Both the position numbers and the translations under genes were made by a program. From Wickerhamiella versatilis (lineage: Eukaryota), in contig JAQOWU010000001.1 in assembly GCA_030867685.1 (NCBI GenBank), forward strand, positions 372,001 through 436,000: DNA of 64,000 nt, in the 5' to 3' direction. Positions 1 through 9,522 of this stretch are shown here, one piece after another (position 1 is the stretch's first letter; the number at the start of each line of letters is the position of its first letter). Below the pieces are notes generated by a model. The model saw only the letters and a program-made list of their open reading frames with translations. It was not told the DNA's origin and ran no database searches.

Positions 1-1200
1 CAGCGCGAACTACTTGACCGGCCAGATCAAGCCCTGAATCGTATAATTGCTGCAGGAACAGCGTGTCTCAAGTTCGGGATTAAGGAATTGATTACGCCTT
101 TTGTTCGCGCTGTGGATGTATCAAACATGCTAGAGCAGCGAATAGAACGTGTGGGTGATGAACTACAACCGACAGGCTCCTCATCTGTCCTCACAGTTTT
201 GTATACTGAACTCGTAAAGCAAACGAGGCCTGAGGAGTTACCAGAACTTACCCACGCCTTAACCACTCAGCATGCGCGAAATGGGACCCAAGTTTCGCAT
301 GTTTTGCGTAGTCTCAACCTTACCGCGCCCGATGGATATGCGTGGTCCGTTATTGCTCGCGAGGCCGTGGATTATCTGGGCACTGATGACCGGGGCTGCC
401 TTCTTAGTGGTGGAGCCGTCGGTGAGCTTTTGACAAACGCACTTCTTTTGGAAGGTGAGGGAAATGGCTGCGATCCAGAAAATTTCGACTGGTGTGCTTG
501 GGCTAAGATTTGGAGCATGCTACCTGGTCACATGCGCGATGAGCAATTGCTAAGACTGGTTGAGCGCACTCCTGAAGAGGCTTGGCCATACTTGTTGCAG
601 GTTAAAATAGGAAAACCAAATCTTCCTGCACGATTCGACAACTTGTTGGCCCAGATTGCTCTAGAAATCCCCGAAGAACTATTAAAATTCGAGTCTATAC
701 CTCCTGCATTCGCTGCAATTGTGACCGATAAGGCGCTGCAATTACTTCCGAAGAGCATGGATCGTCAGCCGCAATTAGTGCAACTTTGGAATCAGTTCTC
801 GCCTTTGGCCGCAGAAAAAGATGCTTTAAGTCCCAGGGTATGGAAGCTTGCAGAGAAGCTGCAAGGACAATATCAAGAGCTTACATTACCGGAACATCGT
901 CCACCTCCACCGCCTCCTAAAAAGGCCCGTCTTGAACCACCGCTATCTCCGCCTAGCAGTGATGATCGACCTGCAGATTTGAGTTCATCGCCACCAATAA
1001 AAAATGGCCAAGCTCACAAAACAATCCCGCTCAATCGTTTACCGGGTTGGCACAAAAGCCGTGACTGGCGCGTAGCATCGCGTGCTCTTGCTGGACTAGA
1101 TCTCTCTGAGGCTGCACGTACAATGAGACCAAATGAGAGACAAGTTTTCCACGCTCAGCTCTCAAAAGCCTTGGAGCAGCTTGCGAGATTTCAAAGTTAG
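1..1200 (+). CDS. 3' part of a large helical protein truncated by the window edge; possibly Rif1-like
   Basis: Frame is open from base 1 to TAG at 1198-1200, so the track's TTG start is not the true start. A helical region is followed by a Pro/basic linker (PPPPPPKKARL) and a short C-terminal helical domain reminiscent of the fungal Rif1 CTD. Identity is tentative. Confidence 0.55.
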   Translation, partial: QRELLDRPDQALNRIIAAGTACLKFGIKELITPFVRAVDVSNMLEQRIERVGDELQPTGSSSVLTVLYTELVKQTRPEELPELTHALTTQHARNGTQVSHVLRSLNLTAPDGYAWSVIAREAVDYLGTDDRGCLLSGGAVGELLTNALLLEGEGNGCDPENFDWCAWAKIWSMLPGHMRDEQLLRLVERTPEEAWPYLLQVKIGKPNLPARFDNLLAQIALEIPEELLKFESIPPAFAAIVTDKALQLLPKSMDRQPQLVQLWNQFSPLAAEKDALSPRVWKLAEKLQGQYQELTLPEHRPPPPPPKKARLEPPLSPPSSDDRPADLSSSPPIKNGQAHKTIPLNRLPGWHKSRDWRVASRALAGLDLSEAARTMRPNERQVFHAQLSKALEQLARFQS

Positions 1201-1623
1201 CAATTCGGTGTGCCATTGGAATACCTTTCTAAGTTATTAAATGAAGTAAAGAAATGATCTCACATTATAGCACAAAAAAATTAATCAATCTTCGTCAGAA
1301 CAAACTCACTTGCTTGGTTATTTGACATTTTTAGCCTAAAAACCTATAAATATTTCTGGGCTGCCATCAGTTATGCGTCAAATTTTTACAAGCTAATGCA
1401 GAACTTGGATAAAATGCGAAAATAGACTACGCAATGAGACAAAACATTGTACATTTCTCTGAATATTCATAGTAACATTAATCCACGATCAGTATTCTAG
1501 GAGACAAAATCACACATTAAAAATATTTTAAGTTCCTCAAAAGCAATAACAGAATCAAATTAAGACAATCTCAGTCGACACTGTCCGATAAGGATAGGCT
1601 TACTTCAGAATTACGTTACTATA

Positions 1624-2979
1624 CTACTTTATATACTCCCACATACGTATAGTGCCATCCCAGCTGGCACTGAAAATATTTCCGCCTGAAACATCAACAC
1701 CTGAGACTGCGTCTCTGTGGCCATCGAGGTTTGAAACCCATGTTCCCTTGAATAGGTCAAGTATACCACAGGCTCCTGTGTCAAAACCTACCACAGCAAG
1801 TCGACCTGAACTAGAGATGGAAAATGATTGCGATTGTCCATGAATGCTTGGATATTCCTGAATTCGTGCCATAGAGCGAATATCCCAAAGGTTAAAAGAT
1901 GTGGAATCCGAGCTGAAAAGTGCCGGAAAACTGGGAAGAAAAGCTATTCGGTCAAAAGGATTGTCATTTTGAAATTCTACCACGACATTATGAGGCAATC
2001 GCGTGTCCCATAAAACCATTTTCCCATCCTTGCCGCTGCTGGCGAAAGTGTGTGGACCGAGAAGTGCACTATCGGCCACACAAGTTACTGCGGCGCTATG
2101 CTCAGTCTGGCTGCTTATAGGTTTACCATACCTGATATTCCATTGTATAACTTTGGAGTCATATGCACCGGATATGAGATGTTCATCGTCAAGATAAGCT
2201 TGACTACTGACACAAGCGTCATGGCCTCCCAGAGTAGCAACACGACGTTTGTCTCCCGCAGTTTCCCAGGAGTTCGTCGTGGACTGTAAGCTTTTCCTTG
2301 CCTCTGTACTCGTCGAATTCTCTTTCGGTGTGTTTCCAACCTTAGTATTTCCTCTAACTCCGCCAAATGTATTCTCACCATACTCTGTGTCGTCCTCGGC
2401 CTGTTGAAGGTCTTGATTTGGAAAAATGAACTGGTAGTTGGGCAGTGGATCATCCAACAGACGGTTCAATTCCTCACTAATTCGATAAACATCGATATTG
2501 CAAGCCAGCCCTCCGGCGGTTGCAACTCGGCCAGTGGGATTTGCCGCTGTCGTCTGACAGTGCCCCCGACCTACTGCAATAACTTCATACTTCATACCTG
2601 ACTGAGCATCCCATAATACGAGTATACCGTCTTGGCCTGTGGTCATGAAAGCGGGTTGACCCTGTGAGCCTTGAGTTAATGCACTCATACCCAAGATTTT
2701 GCATCGGTGGTCCTTTAGGGTCTGTCTTGGACGATACGTTAAATTGGGTAAGCTCAAAACTTCGGTACTACATTCTGTAAGAAGGCTTGTATTCTCATCA
2801 TTTCTTAGTCCCTGAATGATATGACTGAGTTTTTTGGTGTCCGTCGCCAAACTGGCAAGATATTCTCGTAGTCCAGGTAAATCTAACCTGTTGTAACCAC
2901 TTGGTAATTTCTCAGTACCCTGTACATCTCCTAGCCAATTGTTGAGCCAACTGCTACCAATTCCCATTTGAGTCCCCAT
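1624..2979 (-). CDS. STE4: Divergent heterotrimeric G-protein beta subunit (Ste4/Gpb1-like WD40)
   Basis: N-terminal coiled-coil segment, then RPRQTLKDHRCKI (cf. RRTLxGHxxKI), TGQDGILVLWD (cf. ASQDGKLIIWD), AGGLACNIDVY (cf. CGGLDNICSIY), a Ste4-like insertion after blade 2, and terminal SASWDGTIRMW. Confidence 0.75.
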   Translation of the reverse strand: MGTQMGIGSSWLNNWLGDVQGTEKLPSGYNRLDLPGLREYLASLATDTKKLSHIIQGLRNDENTSLLTECSTEVLSLPNLTYRPRQTLKDHRCKILGMSALTQGSQGQPAFMTTGQDGILVLWDAQSGMKYEVIAVGRGHCQTTAANPTGRVATAGGLACNIDVYRISEELNRLLDDPLPNYQFIFPNQDLQQAEDDTEYGENTFGGVRGNTKVGNTPKENSTSTEARKSLQSTTNSWETAGDKRRVATLGGHDACVSSQAYLDDEHLISGAYDSKVIQWNIRYGKPISSQTEHSAAVTCVADSALLGPHTFASSGKDGKMVLWDTRLPHNVVVEFQNDNPFDRIAFLPSFPALFSSDSTSFNLWDIRSMARIQEYPSIHGQSQSFSISSSGRLAVVGFDTGACGILDLFKGTWVSNLDGHRDAVSGVDVSGGNIFSASWDGTIRMWEYIK

Positions 2980-3200
2980 TTAGTCGGAAGTATGGTGTAC
3001 TATCTTGTTCCTGCTGATATAAGCTGCATGCATGAAGTTAAACATATATGTATGGCGAACAGTACGCACTTCGAGTAACTCTCATAATCCTAATATCATA
3101 GATCAGTCCTCACTACACATATAACAACTAATTCCACTTAAATACAATGTCTAATCTTTTTTACTTTTCCATATATCCATAACGACCGTAAAATTGCTCA

Positions 3201-5021
3201 TTAATCAGTTTCTTGACGTTTGCTTATATCACCATCACCACTGCTCGTAACTTCGGCATCGCGAGATGTAACATCATCCGGTTGATAACCATCAATGTCC
3301 TCAGCATCATTCTGCTGGGGCAATAACAAGTTAGCCAGAGCACCTACAATACCAGATATTGCGTATGGTGTTTCCACAACAATGACAATTGCATTGATGA
3401 ACCCGCTCTTACCACTGTTATGCCCCTTGTATGTGAAGATTTTGTCGAACCAGGTGGGCTCCAAGAGACCGGCGAATCCAAAAACCAGCTCTATAGCTAG
3501 CACCATGCGATCACGGCGATTGAAAGCTGATCGCCCGATAATTGCCAATCCACTCACAGCTACAGAAGTGAATAAGAATGTGGTCATACCACCTATGACA
3601 GACCTGGGAATAGCAACAATAGCTGCACTAAACTTCCCTACTACACCCATGATAAGTAGCCAGAAACAGCAGGCAAATCCAACCCGCCGTGATGGAGCCT
3701 GCGTCATTGCTATGACACCGTTATTTTGCGCGAAAGTCCCCATTGGCGTCAAGGTCATCAGGCATCCTACGATTGAGGCTAGGCCCGAGGCTAAAATACC
3801 ACCCTGAATGCGGGAGTCAAACTCGAGACCTTCCACGTCAATACGGGAGACCTCTGCTGATGCAGTGATGTCACCTATCGATTCCATTACTGCAATGATA
3901 TACACCGCTAATAACGGCAAGACTATGGGTCCGTAGATCGTCATTGGGAAGGTCTGAACCCAGGCAAATTCACCACTGGGAGCTGCATCAATTGTTTCGT
4001 GCTGGAAATAACCGGTGGCTGCTGCGACTATGCAACCAACCAGCAGACCAATAATGATGGAGCATGACTTCATGATGGGCGCACCAAACTTGTCACACAA
4101 AACGATCGCAACAATAACTGTGAAACCCAAACCAAGCCACTGTCCAGAAGCCCACTGGTGGGCATGGGATGCCACTTGTGCATTACATAGTTCACCCGAA
4201 GCGTAACAATCAGAACCACCAGCCCAATCCTGTACTCCTGTTTGCGCAAGTGCAGCACCAATGAGCAGAACTACTGGTCCAGTGACAATAGGGGGAAAAA
4301 CATAATGCAGAACCTTGGGAGGGACAAAAGACAGTACAAACTGGAGCAGGGCACAAAGCGCCCCTGTGCCAATAAACGCACCATAGGCTTTACGACACTC
4401 GAGTTGGTTACCTTGGTCATCTGTTGGGCAAAATCCCGTTTTGTACATGGTAGGTACCGAGCTTTGAAACACCGGGACAGTGGCGAAGGTTTCACCTAGA
4501 ACTGAAATCATGCCTGTACCAATGAATATCTTTGTATAGGGAATCCGTATCCGTAATACTTGGATAACGGTGAGGATTCCAGCTCCCAATAGTGATGCTG
4601 AGACCAGGTATTCCTCATCTCTGGTGCTCAGATTTGCTACGGACGCATAAATCAAAGAAGGAGAAACAAGGCCACCCATCATTGCCATCGCATGTTGAAG
4701 GCCAAGAATCACTGTCAAAAGTAATGGTGGTTGAGAATGCAACGCAAAAAATTGTGGTGGGTTCGACTTGAACCGGGTGAAAGGGATTGTAGGCTTGAAT
4801 AAATAGGCATAATCCACATCCCCAATTAGACCATCATAAGTGAAAAAAGTGTGAACAAAACCACGCCATGCATCCATGCATCGATCGTTTAATGATCTTC
4901 GATAGAATGCATTTTCTACACCTGGAAGTTCCTCATCCTTACTATCGTAGCGATTAACGACAAAAATATCCTTTGTACGGTCCAACCAGTTACCTTTATC
5001 CTCTTTCTCGATTTCACTCAT
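3201..5021 (-). CDS. Uric acid/xanthine permease, NAT/NCS2 family (UapA/UapC-like)
   Basis: LGLQHAMAM TMS1 motif, NAT signature FAQNNGVIAMT, ESIGDITA, and multiple TM segments. Confidence 0.92.
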   Translation of the reverse strand: MSEIEKEDKGNWLDRTKDIFVVNRYDSKDEELPGVENAFYRRSLNDRCMDAWRGFVHTFFTYDGLIGDVDYAYLFKPTIPFTRFKSNPPQFFALHSQPPLLLTVILGLQHAMAMMGGLVSPSLIYASVANLSTRDEEYLVSASLLGAGILTVIQVLRIRIPYTKIFIGTGMISVLGETFATVPVFQSSVPTMYKTGFCPTDDQGNQLECRKAYGAFIGTGALCALLQFVLSFVPPKVLHYVFPPIVTGPVVLLIGAALAQTGVQDWAGGSDCYASGELCNAQVASHAHQWASGQWLGLGFTVIVAIVLCDKFGAPIMKSCSIIIGLLVGCIVAAATGYFQHETIDAAPSGEFAWVQTFPMTIYGPIVLPLLAVYIIAVMESIGDITASAEVSRIDVEGLEFDSRIQGGILASGLASIVGCLMTLTPMGTFAQNNGVIAMTQAPSRRVGFACCFWLLIMGVVGKFSAAIVAIPRSVIGGMTTFLFTSVAVSGLAIIGRSAFNRRDRMVLAIELVFGFAGLLEPTWFDKIFTYKGHNSGKSGFINAIVIVVETPYAISGIVGALANLLLPQQNDAEDIDGYQPDDVTSRDAEVTSSGDGDISKRQETD

Positions 5022-5878
5022 TTCCCCAGAGAGTAAAAAGATTTGGTAACTATACTTATTTCAACTTATCTCGAAAATACGTAAGCCTTTTTTCATGCCG
5101 AGGAGCAGAAAAGATATGTAATTCTCAAGATCCAGTGATTATGACTGATGTCTATTGTAATAAAGCGAGAGATATGTGATATGTATGGATGAATCTTGAT
5201 ACCAAATAATTTTAAATAGGAGGTGATGCCTTAAAAATCACCGGTGCCCTCAGTCGTCATCCTGCGGTCCAAAATTGCCTGTTATGTAATATTGCATATG
5301 TACATGAGTACAAACACAGGCACGTGCCTTTCTTTGAGATTAGTTTAAAAAACGGGAGCTCACGCTTATCTCTTTAAGCTAGGTTGGAAAATGGGGAAAG
5401 ATTTCCAACGCGTCTTAAGGAATGTGGGATATAAAGCGCTACTATTAGTAAGTTTTTACTGTTTGCCCGTTGCTCAGCAAAGATGACTATGCAACTAACT
5501 AAGATAAATACCAGAATAGTGGATAGTAGCAAGTCTATCATTTGATAGAGTTTTTGAACTCATAAGCCCTTTGAACTATGATCTGATTGTGCGGGGATAT
5601 CGGAGTTATGATGTAATTTACCCGGCCCGAAGACGCTCACACAAGGGTTACCGTCGTCTGCGTAATTTGACCAGAAAGGCACGTGATTATTGATACTGTG
5701 AAAAGTTTTTAACATCGAGTCGTCGCGGTTAACATGATACTCTGAGAGGCATCGTACGTGTTGACTATGGAGTTAAGCAAAAGGTAAGTAGTCGTGATGA
5801 TCAAATATTTCAAGACGGGTGTCCTATGTTTCGTGAGGACAGCCGGGCGCCAGCCCAACCCTATCTGAAACTTCTAAC

Positions 5879-6577
5879 TCAAAGAGTTGCGTATTCACGT
5901 GGTGCTAGAGCATACATTCGTACCGGAAATAGTCCCTTAGGCATACCTTTCTGTGTAGACGTCAAAAGTAGTCGAAGTCCAGCGCGTTCAAAAATATGTC
6001 TAAATTTTGTGTCGGTTCTTGTGACGGAGGAATCTTGTTCGTCAAATATGTCGTCATCGCTGGTCGATTGATTCTCCTTCACTATTATTAGTCCACCCTG
6101 AACCAATTTCTGGGATGCCTTCATAAAGAACTCAACAAGGGCATCATCAGGTACCTGCCCCAGGCACCACTGGCACCAGACTATCCAGTAACTATTAGGA
6201 AATAAAAAGTCTTGCAGCCCCACAGAGAAAAAAGAGCATTCATATGGCTGGTCTTTTAGTGTTTCCACCGCCTTTCTCAGAAGAGGCTCTGCAGGCTCCA
6301 CAATATCAACGTGGTCCACGAATCGACTGAGAACATTCATTGTAACTCTACCAATCCCAGCACCTACATCAAGAGCGCGCCTCGTGAAATCCCCTGTGTA
6401 GTTCGGAAAGGTGGTAGGGGAAAGCTCTTTCAAACGCCGAACAAATGATAAGGAGCCAGCAATGTCTACCTTAGGAATAACTGAGTTCCCAAAGCCCCCT
6501 AAAACCCCATTGTCGTCGGTAGAGACAGAGCTCCAGTATCTCACCGCGTCATCATATGAAATTTTGGAGTCTGCCAT
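5879..6577 (-). CDS. TAE1: Alpha-N-terminal protein methyltransferase Tae1/Ntm1
   Basis: ISYDDAVRYW...GVLGGFG, ALDVGAGIGRVT (SAM motif), WCQWCLGQ, IIVKEN, DSSVTR. Start placed at MADSKISY (ATG 6577) from family N-terminus; the track's 6760 start adds unrelated sequence. Confidence 0.93.
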   Translation of the reverse strand: MADSKISYDDAVRYWSSVSTDDNGVLGGFGNSVIPKVDIAGSLSFVRRLKELSPTTFPNYTGDFTRRALDVGAGIGRVTMNVLSRFVDHVDIVEPAEPLLRKAVETLKDQPYECSFFSVGLQDFLFPNSYWIVWCQWCLGQVPDDALVEFFMKASQKLVQGGLIIVKENQSTSDDDIFDEQDSSVTRTDTKFRHIFERAGLRLLLTSTQKGMPKGLFPVRMYALAPREYATL

Positions 6578-6600
6578 ATTTTTTTTTAGTAATGCCGCAG

Positions 6601-7611
6601 ATGGCATTTCGACAATTTTTGGCCACAAGACGTAGCCTTCGTCGCACTGTAAATACTGTGTATGTGGTTGGAAATGAGGCAGCCGATATGGATTCATGCT
6701 GCTCCGCCATAGTTGCCTCATACCTGTGGGATTGCTATGCCCAGCCTGAAGGCGGTACATTGCCCTTCATAGATATACCACGTCGTGATCTCAGGCTGCG
6801 CAAAGATATATCCTGGCTGTTCCAACAAACTGGTATAGATGAAAGTCAGCTGTTATTCCGTGATGATGTTTCTCTCAACCCAACATCAAAGCTCTTTCTC
6901 GTTGACCATAATGCGCCGACTAATACTGGGCAAATTAGCGCTGTTATCGACCATCATGCGGCAGAAGGCCCCAAAAGTGATCCCACACCAGATCCATTTG
7001 TTCTATCTGACAGTGGAAGTTGTATTAGTCTTGTGATCTCCTGGTTTAGAAACCGTCTGCCTGAAAACTTCCAGTGGGATCCAACTCTTGTTGCACTTGG
7101 CCTTGCTCCTATACTGATCGATACTTCGGCACTCACCAATTCCAAAACTCGCCCTGTTGATGTGGAAGTTGCCGAGTTTTTACGATCCCTGAATCCTACC
7201 GTCGACAACTTCAAGGTCCTGAAAAGTGAAAAGGATAGTGTTGAAGGATTTAGCAGTATTGATCTTCTCAAAAAGGACTACAAACAGTGGGGTTCTCTTG
7301 GGATCAGCTCTCTTCCCAAGCGGTTTGCCAAAATCCTGGGTAGTTTCCCAGATCTAACCGATGCCATGCAGCAGTTCCGCAAGGAACAAGGCATTAAGAT
7401 TCTACTTGTGGCTGCTTCTGGCAAGGTGAAGCAGGAATATGGCCGTGAACTAGCGATTCTGGGTGATTTTGATGTTTCAAATGTTCCCATGTTAAAGCTG
7501 CAATTCTCACATGAAACTAACGGGGTTAAATTTTACGACCAGCTTAATTCAGATGCATCCCGGAAGCAAATCGCACCAGAGTTTCGCCGAGTTCTTGAAA
7601 AAGAAGAATAG
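6601..7611 (+). CDS. PPX1: Exopolyphosphatase (DHH family)
   Basis: VGNEAADMDS, LVDHN, IDHH, SGSCISLV, LKKDYKQW, SRKQIAP. Start is ATG 6601 or in-frame ATG 6592. Confidence 0.92.
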   Translation: MAFRQFLATRRSLRRTVNTVYVVGNEAADMDSCCSAIVASYLWDCYAQPEGGTLPFIDIPRRDLRLRKDISWLFQQTGIDESQLLFRDDVSLNPTSKLFLVDHNAPTNTGQISAVIDHHAAEGPKSDPTPDPFVLSDSGSCISLVISWFRNRLPENFQWDPTLVALGLAPILIDTSALTNSKTRPVDVEVAEFLRSLNPTVDNFKVLKSEKDSVEGFSSIDLLKKDYKQWGSLGISSLPKRFAKILGSFPDLTDAMQQFRKEQGIKILLVAASGKVKQEYGRELAILGDFDVSNVPMLKLQFSHETNGVKFYDQLNSDASRKQIAPEFRRVLEKEE

Positions 7612-7671
7612 TTTATTTAAGATCTCATAAGTGTGTACCTTTCCGCTTAATAATAAATTCCACATATTAGC

Positions 7672-9063
7672 ATGGCTAGGCTTCGCCTGGTGGATCTTGT
7701 TCGACCATTCCTTCCCGTGACCCTCGAGGTCCAGAGGCCTATGCAGAAAATAGATGGCAATGAAAAAATCATGTGGACAGCAGGATCTGGTATACTGTAT
7801 CTTATACTCTCGGAACTGCCGTTGTGGGGTTTGTCTTCAGCAGCCGCCACGATTCCAGACCCTGTGGCCAGCCTACGGCCAGCCTTGGCATCCACACATG
7901 CAAGTCCTCTTGAACTCGGTGTTGCACCTATTATCCTGGTTGGTGCAGTTCTGCAAATTTCTGCTGCCTATAAGAAGATCAGTGTGAACCTCGATACACC
8001 TTACGACCGCACACTGTTCCAGACTCTTCAAAAGCTTGTAACTATGTTGCTGTATGTGCTTTTGGCGGTGGGATATGTTCTGGGTGGCGGCTATGGTCCC
8101 TTGAAACCGTTTGCTGCTGCTGCTGTGGTCGCTCAGCTTATCGCTGGCTCCTTCTTCTTGGTGTGGATAGATGAAGTTCTTGAGAAGGGATGGGGTCTAC
8201 TCAGTGGACCTTTACTGTTTACAGTGCTGAGTTCTTCTCAGAATTTTGTCTGGCAAGCACTCTCTGTCAACGGGACTTCTACCAAGTCCGGACCCCAAAC
8301 TTACGGTGTCATACCTAATCTAGTTTCGGATCTCAAGAACCGCTCGATAAAGTATGCACTCGTTGATAGCACATTCCGATCTGGGCTTCCATCGCTTTTC
8401 GACATAGTCTGTGCTGTCTTCGTCTTTGCAGCAGTGATCTATGTAAATTGCATGCGTCTTCCGATTCCGATCCGGTCTACCCGTACCCGTGCTCAGACCC
8501 AAACTCTGCCTGTCCGTTTGATTTACACGGGAGGTGTGCCTTTGCAAATCTTTACGTCGGCTTCCTTCATCTACCTGCTGGTCTCAGCAACCCTTTATGG
8601 CTTGTTATCTGACAATCTGATTGTGAATGTTTTGGGTTCTTGGAGCTCAGGCGTTCCTGTAAATGGTCTTGCATACTACCTTGCGCCATTGTCAACTTTG
8701 GATCCTATCAAAATTGTCCTCTATCTTGGTTTGTTGCCTTTGGCAGGTGGACTTCTCTCGCAGGCCTGGCTTCGTGCATCTGGTTCGGATTACATGGATC
8801 TCGCGAAGCAGTTCAAAGAAAATTACATCGTCATTTTGGGCAAGCGTGAAACTTCTAACGTGCGTGAACTACGTAAGGTCATCCCCCTTGCCGCTACCAT
8901 TGGTGGAGTAGTGATCGCTGGTATTGTTGCCGTCACAGATGTATTTGGACGGCCAGGATGGGGTGCGTCGATTACAATTTTTGTTTTGAATGGATGGAGC
9001 GCTATAGAGACGTTGTATCAGGATGGTGTTCTAGGTCAGCTTCCGCTTCCCGGTAGCGGCTAA
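7672..9063 (+). CDS. SSH1: Sec61-alpha family translocon subunit, Ssh1-like
   Basis: RLVDLVRPFLP...EV, LELGVAPII, DRTLFQTLQKL, DEVLEKGWG, IPIRSTRTR, PVRLIYTGG; too divergent for canonical Sec61. Confidence 0.8.
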   Translation: MARLRLVDLVRPFLPVTLEVQRPMQKIDGNEKIMWTAGSGILYLILSELPLWGLSSAAATIPDPVASLRPALASTHASPLELGVAPIILVGAVLQISAAYKKISVNLDTPYDRTLFQTLQKLVTMLLYVLLAVGYVLGGGYGPLKPFAAAAVVAQLIAGSFFLVWIDEVLEKGWGLLSGPLLFTVLSSSQNFVWQALSVNGTSTKSGPQTYGVIPNLVSDLKNRSIKYALVDSTFRSGLPSLFDIVCAVFVFAAVIYVNCMRLPIPIRSTRTRAQTQTLPVRLIYTGGVPLQIFTSASFIYLLVSATLYGLLSDNLIVNVLGSWSSGVPVNGLAYYLAPLSTLDPIKIVLYLGLLPLAGGLLSQAWLRASGSDYMDLAKQFKENYIVILGKRETSNVRELRKVIPLAATIGGVVIAGIVAVTDVFGRPGWGASITIFVLNGWSAIETLYQDGVLGQLPLPGSG

Positions 9064-9522
9064 TGTGTCACACATATCACCTAAAAGCGACCAAAAGTCT
9101 AGATTGAAAGATTGGTTAAAAGAGTAGCTATAAAATTAAGCCGCTGCTTTCCCATTAATTGTTGCTAAATGAAGTTAAATATTTAACTCGCACTTGTGAA
9201 GGGTATTTTAGGCATTTGAGGCAACAGTAAATACAAAGACGAGAAACGAAAGCGGAAGCACCAGGTACTCTTGCCTTCTCCACGTATCTAATTTAAAATA
9301 ATCTACACGCTTCCTGAGAGTGCTTGGGATAATGTAAGTGTTTTATGAGTGGCTAAAGTAGTATTTTTTTAACTTTGAGTGGTAACCATGATAATGGTGA
9401 GGTAAAAATATGTTTTTGGAGCGAGATCTCCAAGATATCTTTCATTATGATAGATCTATTTGTATCTAAATCTGGAGTTCGAGTTCGTCTTAATCTCTTC
9501 GCAGCATGTATCTGGGTTAGGG

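Noticed and set aside
3295..3807. Antisense ORFs over membrane-protein and highly expressed genes (also within SOD1, UTP20, ZWF1, APE1)
   Set aside because: Expected shadows of codon bias on the opposite strand; no motifs.
6556..6760. Apparent 205-bp coding overlap of the TAE1 and PPX1 ORFs in the track
   Set aside because: The extensions lack family resemblance; the plausible starts (6577 and 6592/6601) do not overlap.
9334..9504. Possible intron (GTAAGT ... TTCGCAG) upstream of RTT10
   Set aside because: No clear branch point and no in-frame upstream coding exon; RTT10 is complete from ATG 9523. A 5' UTR intron cannot be excluded.
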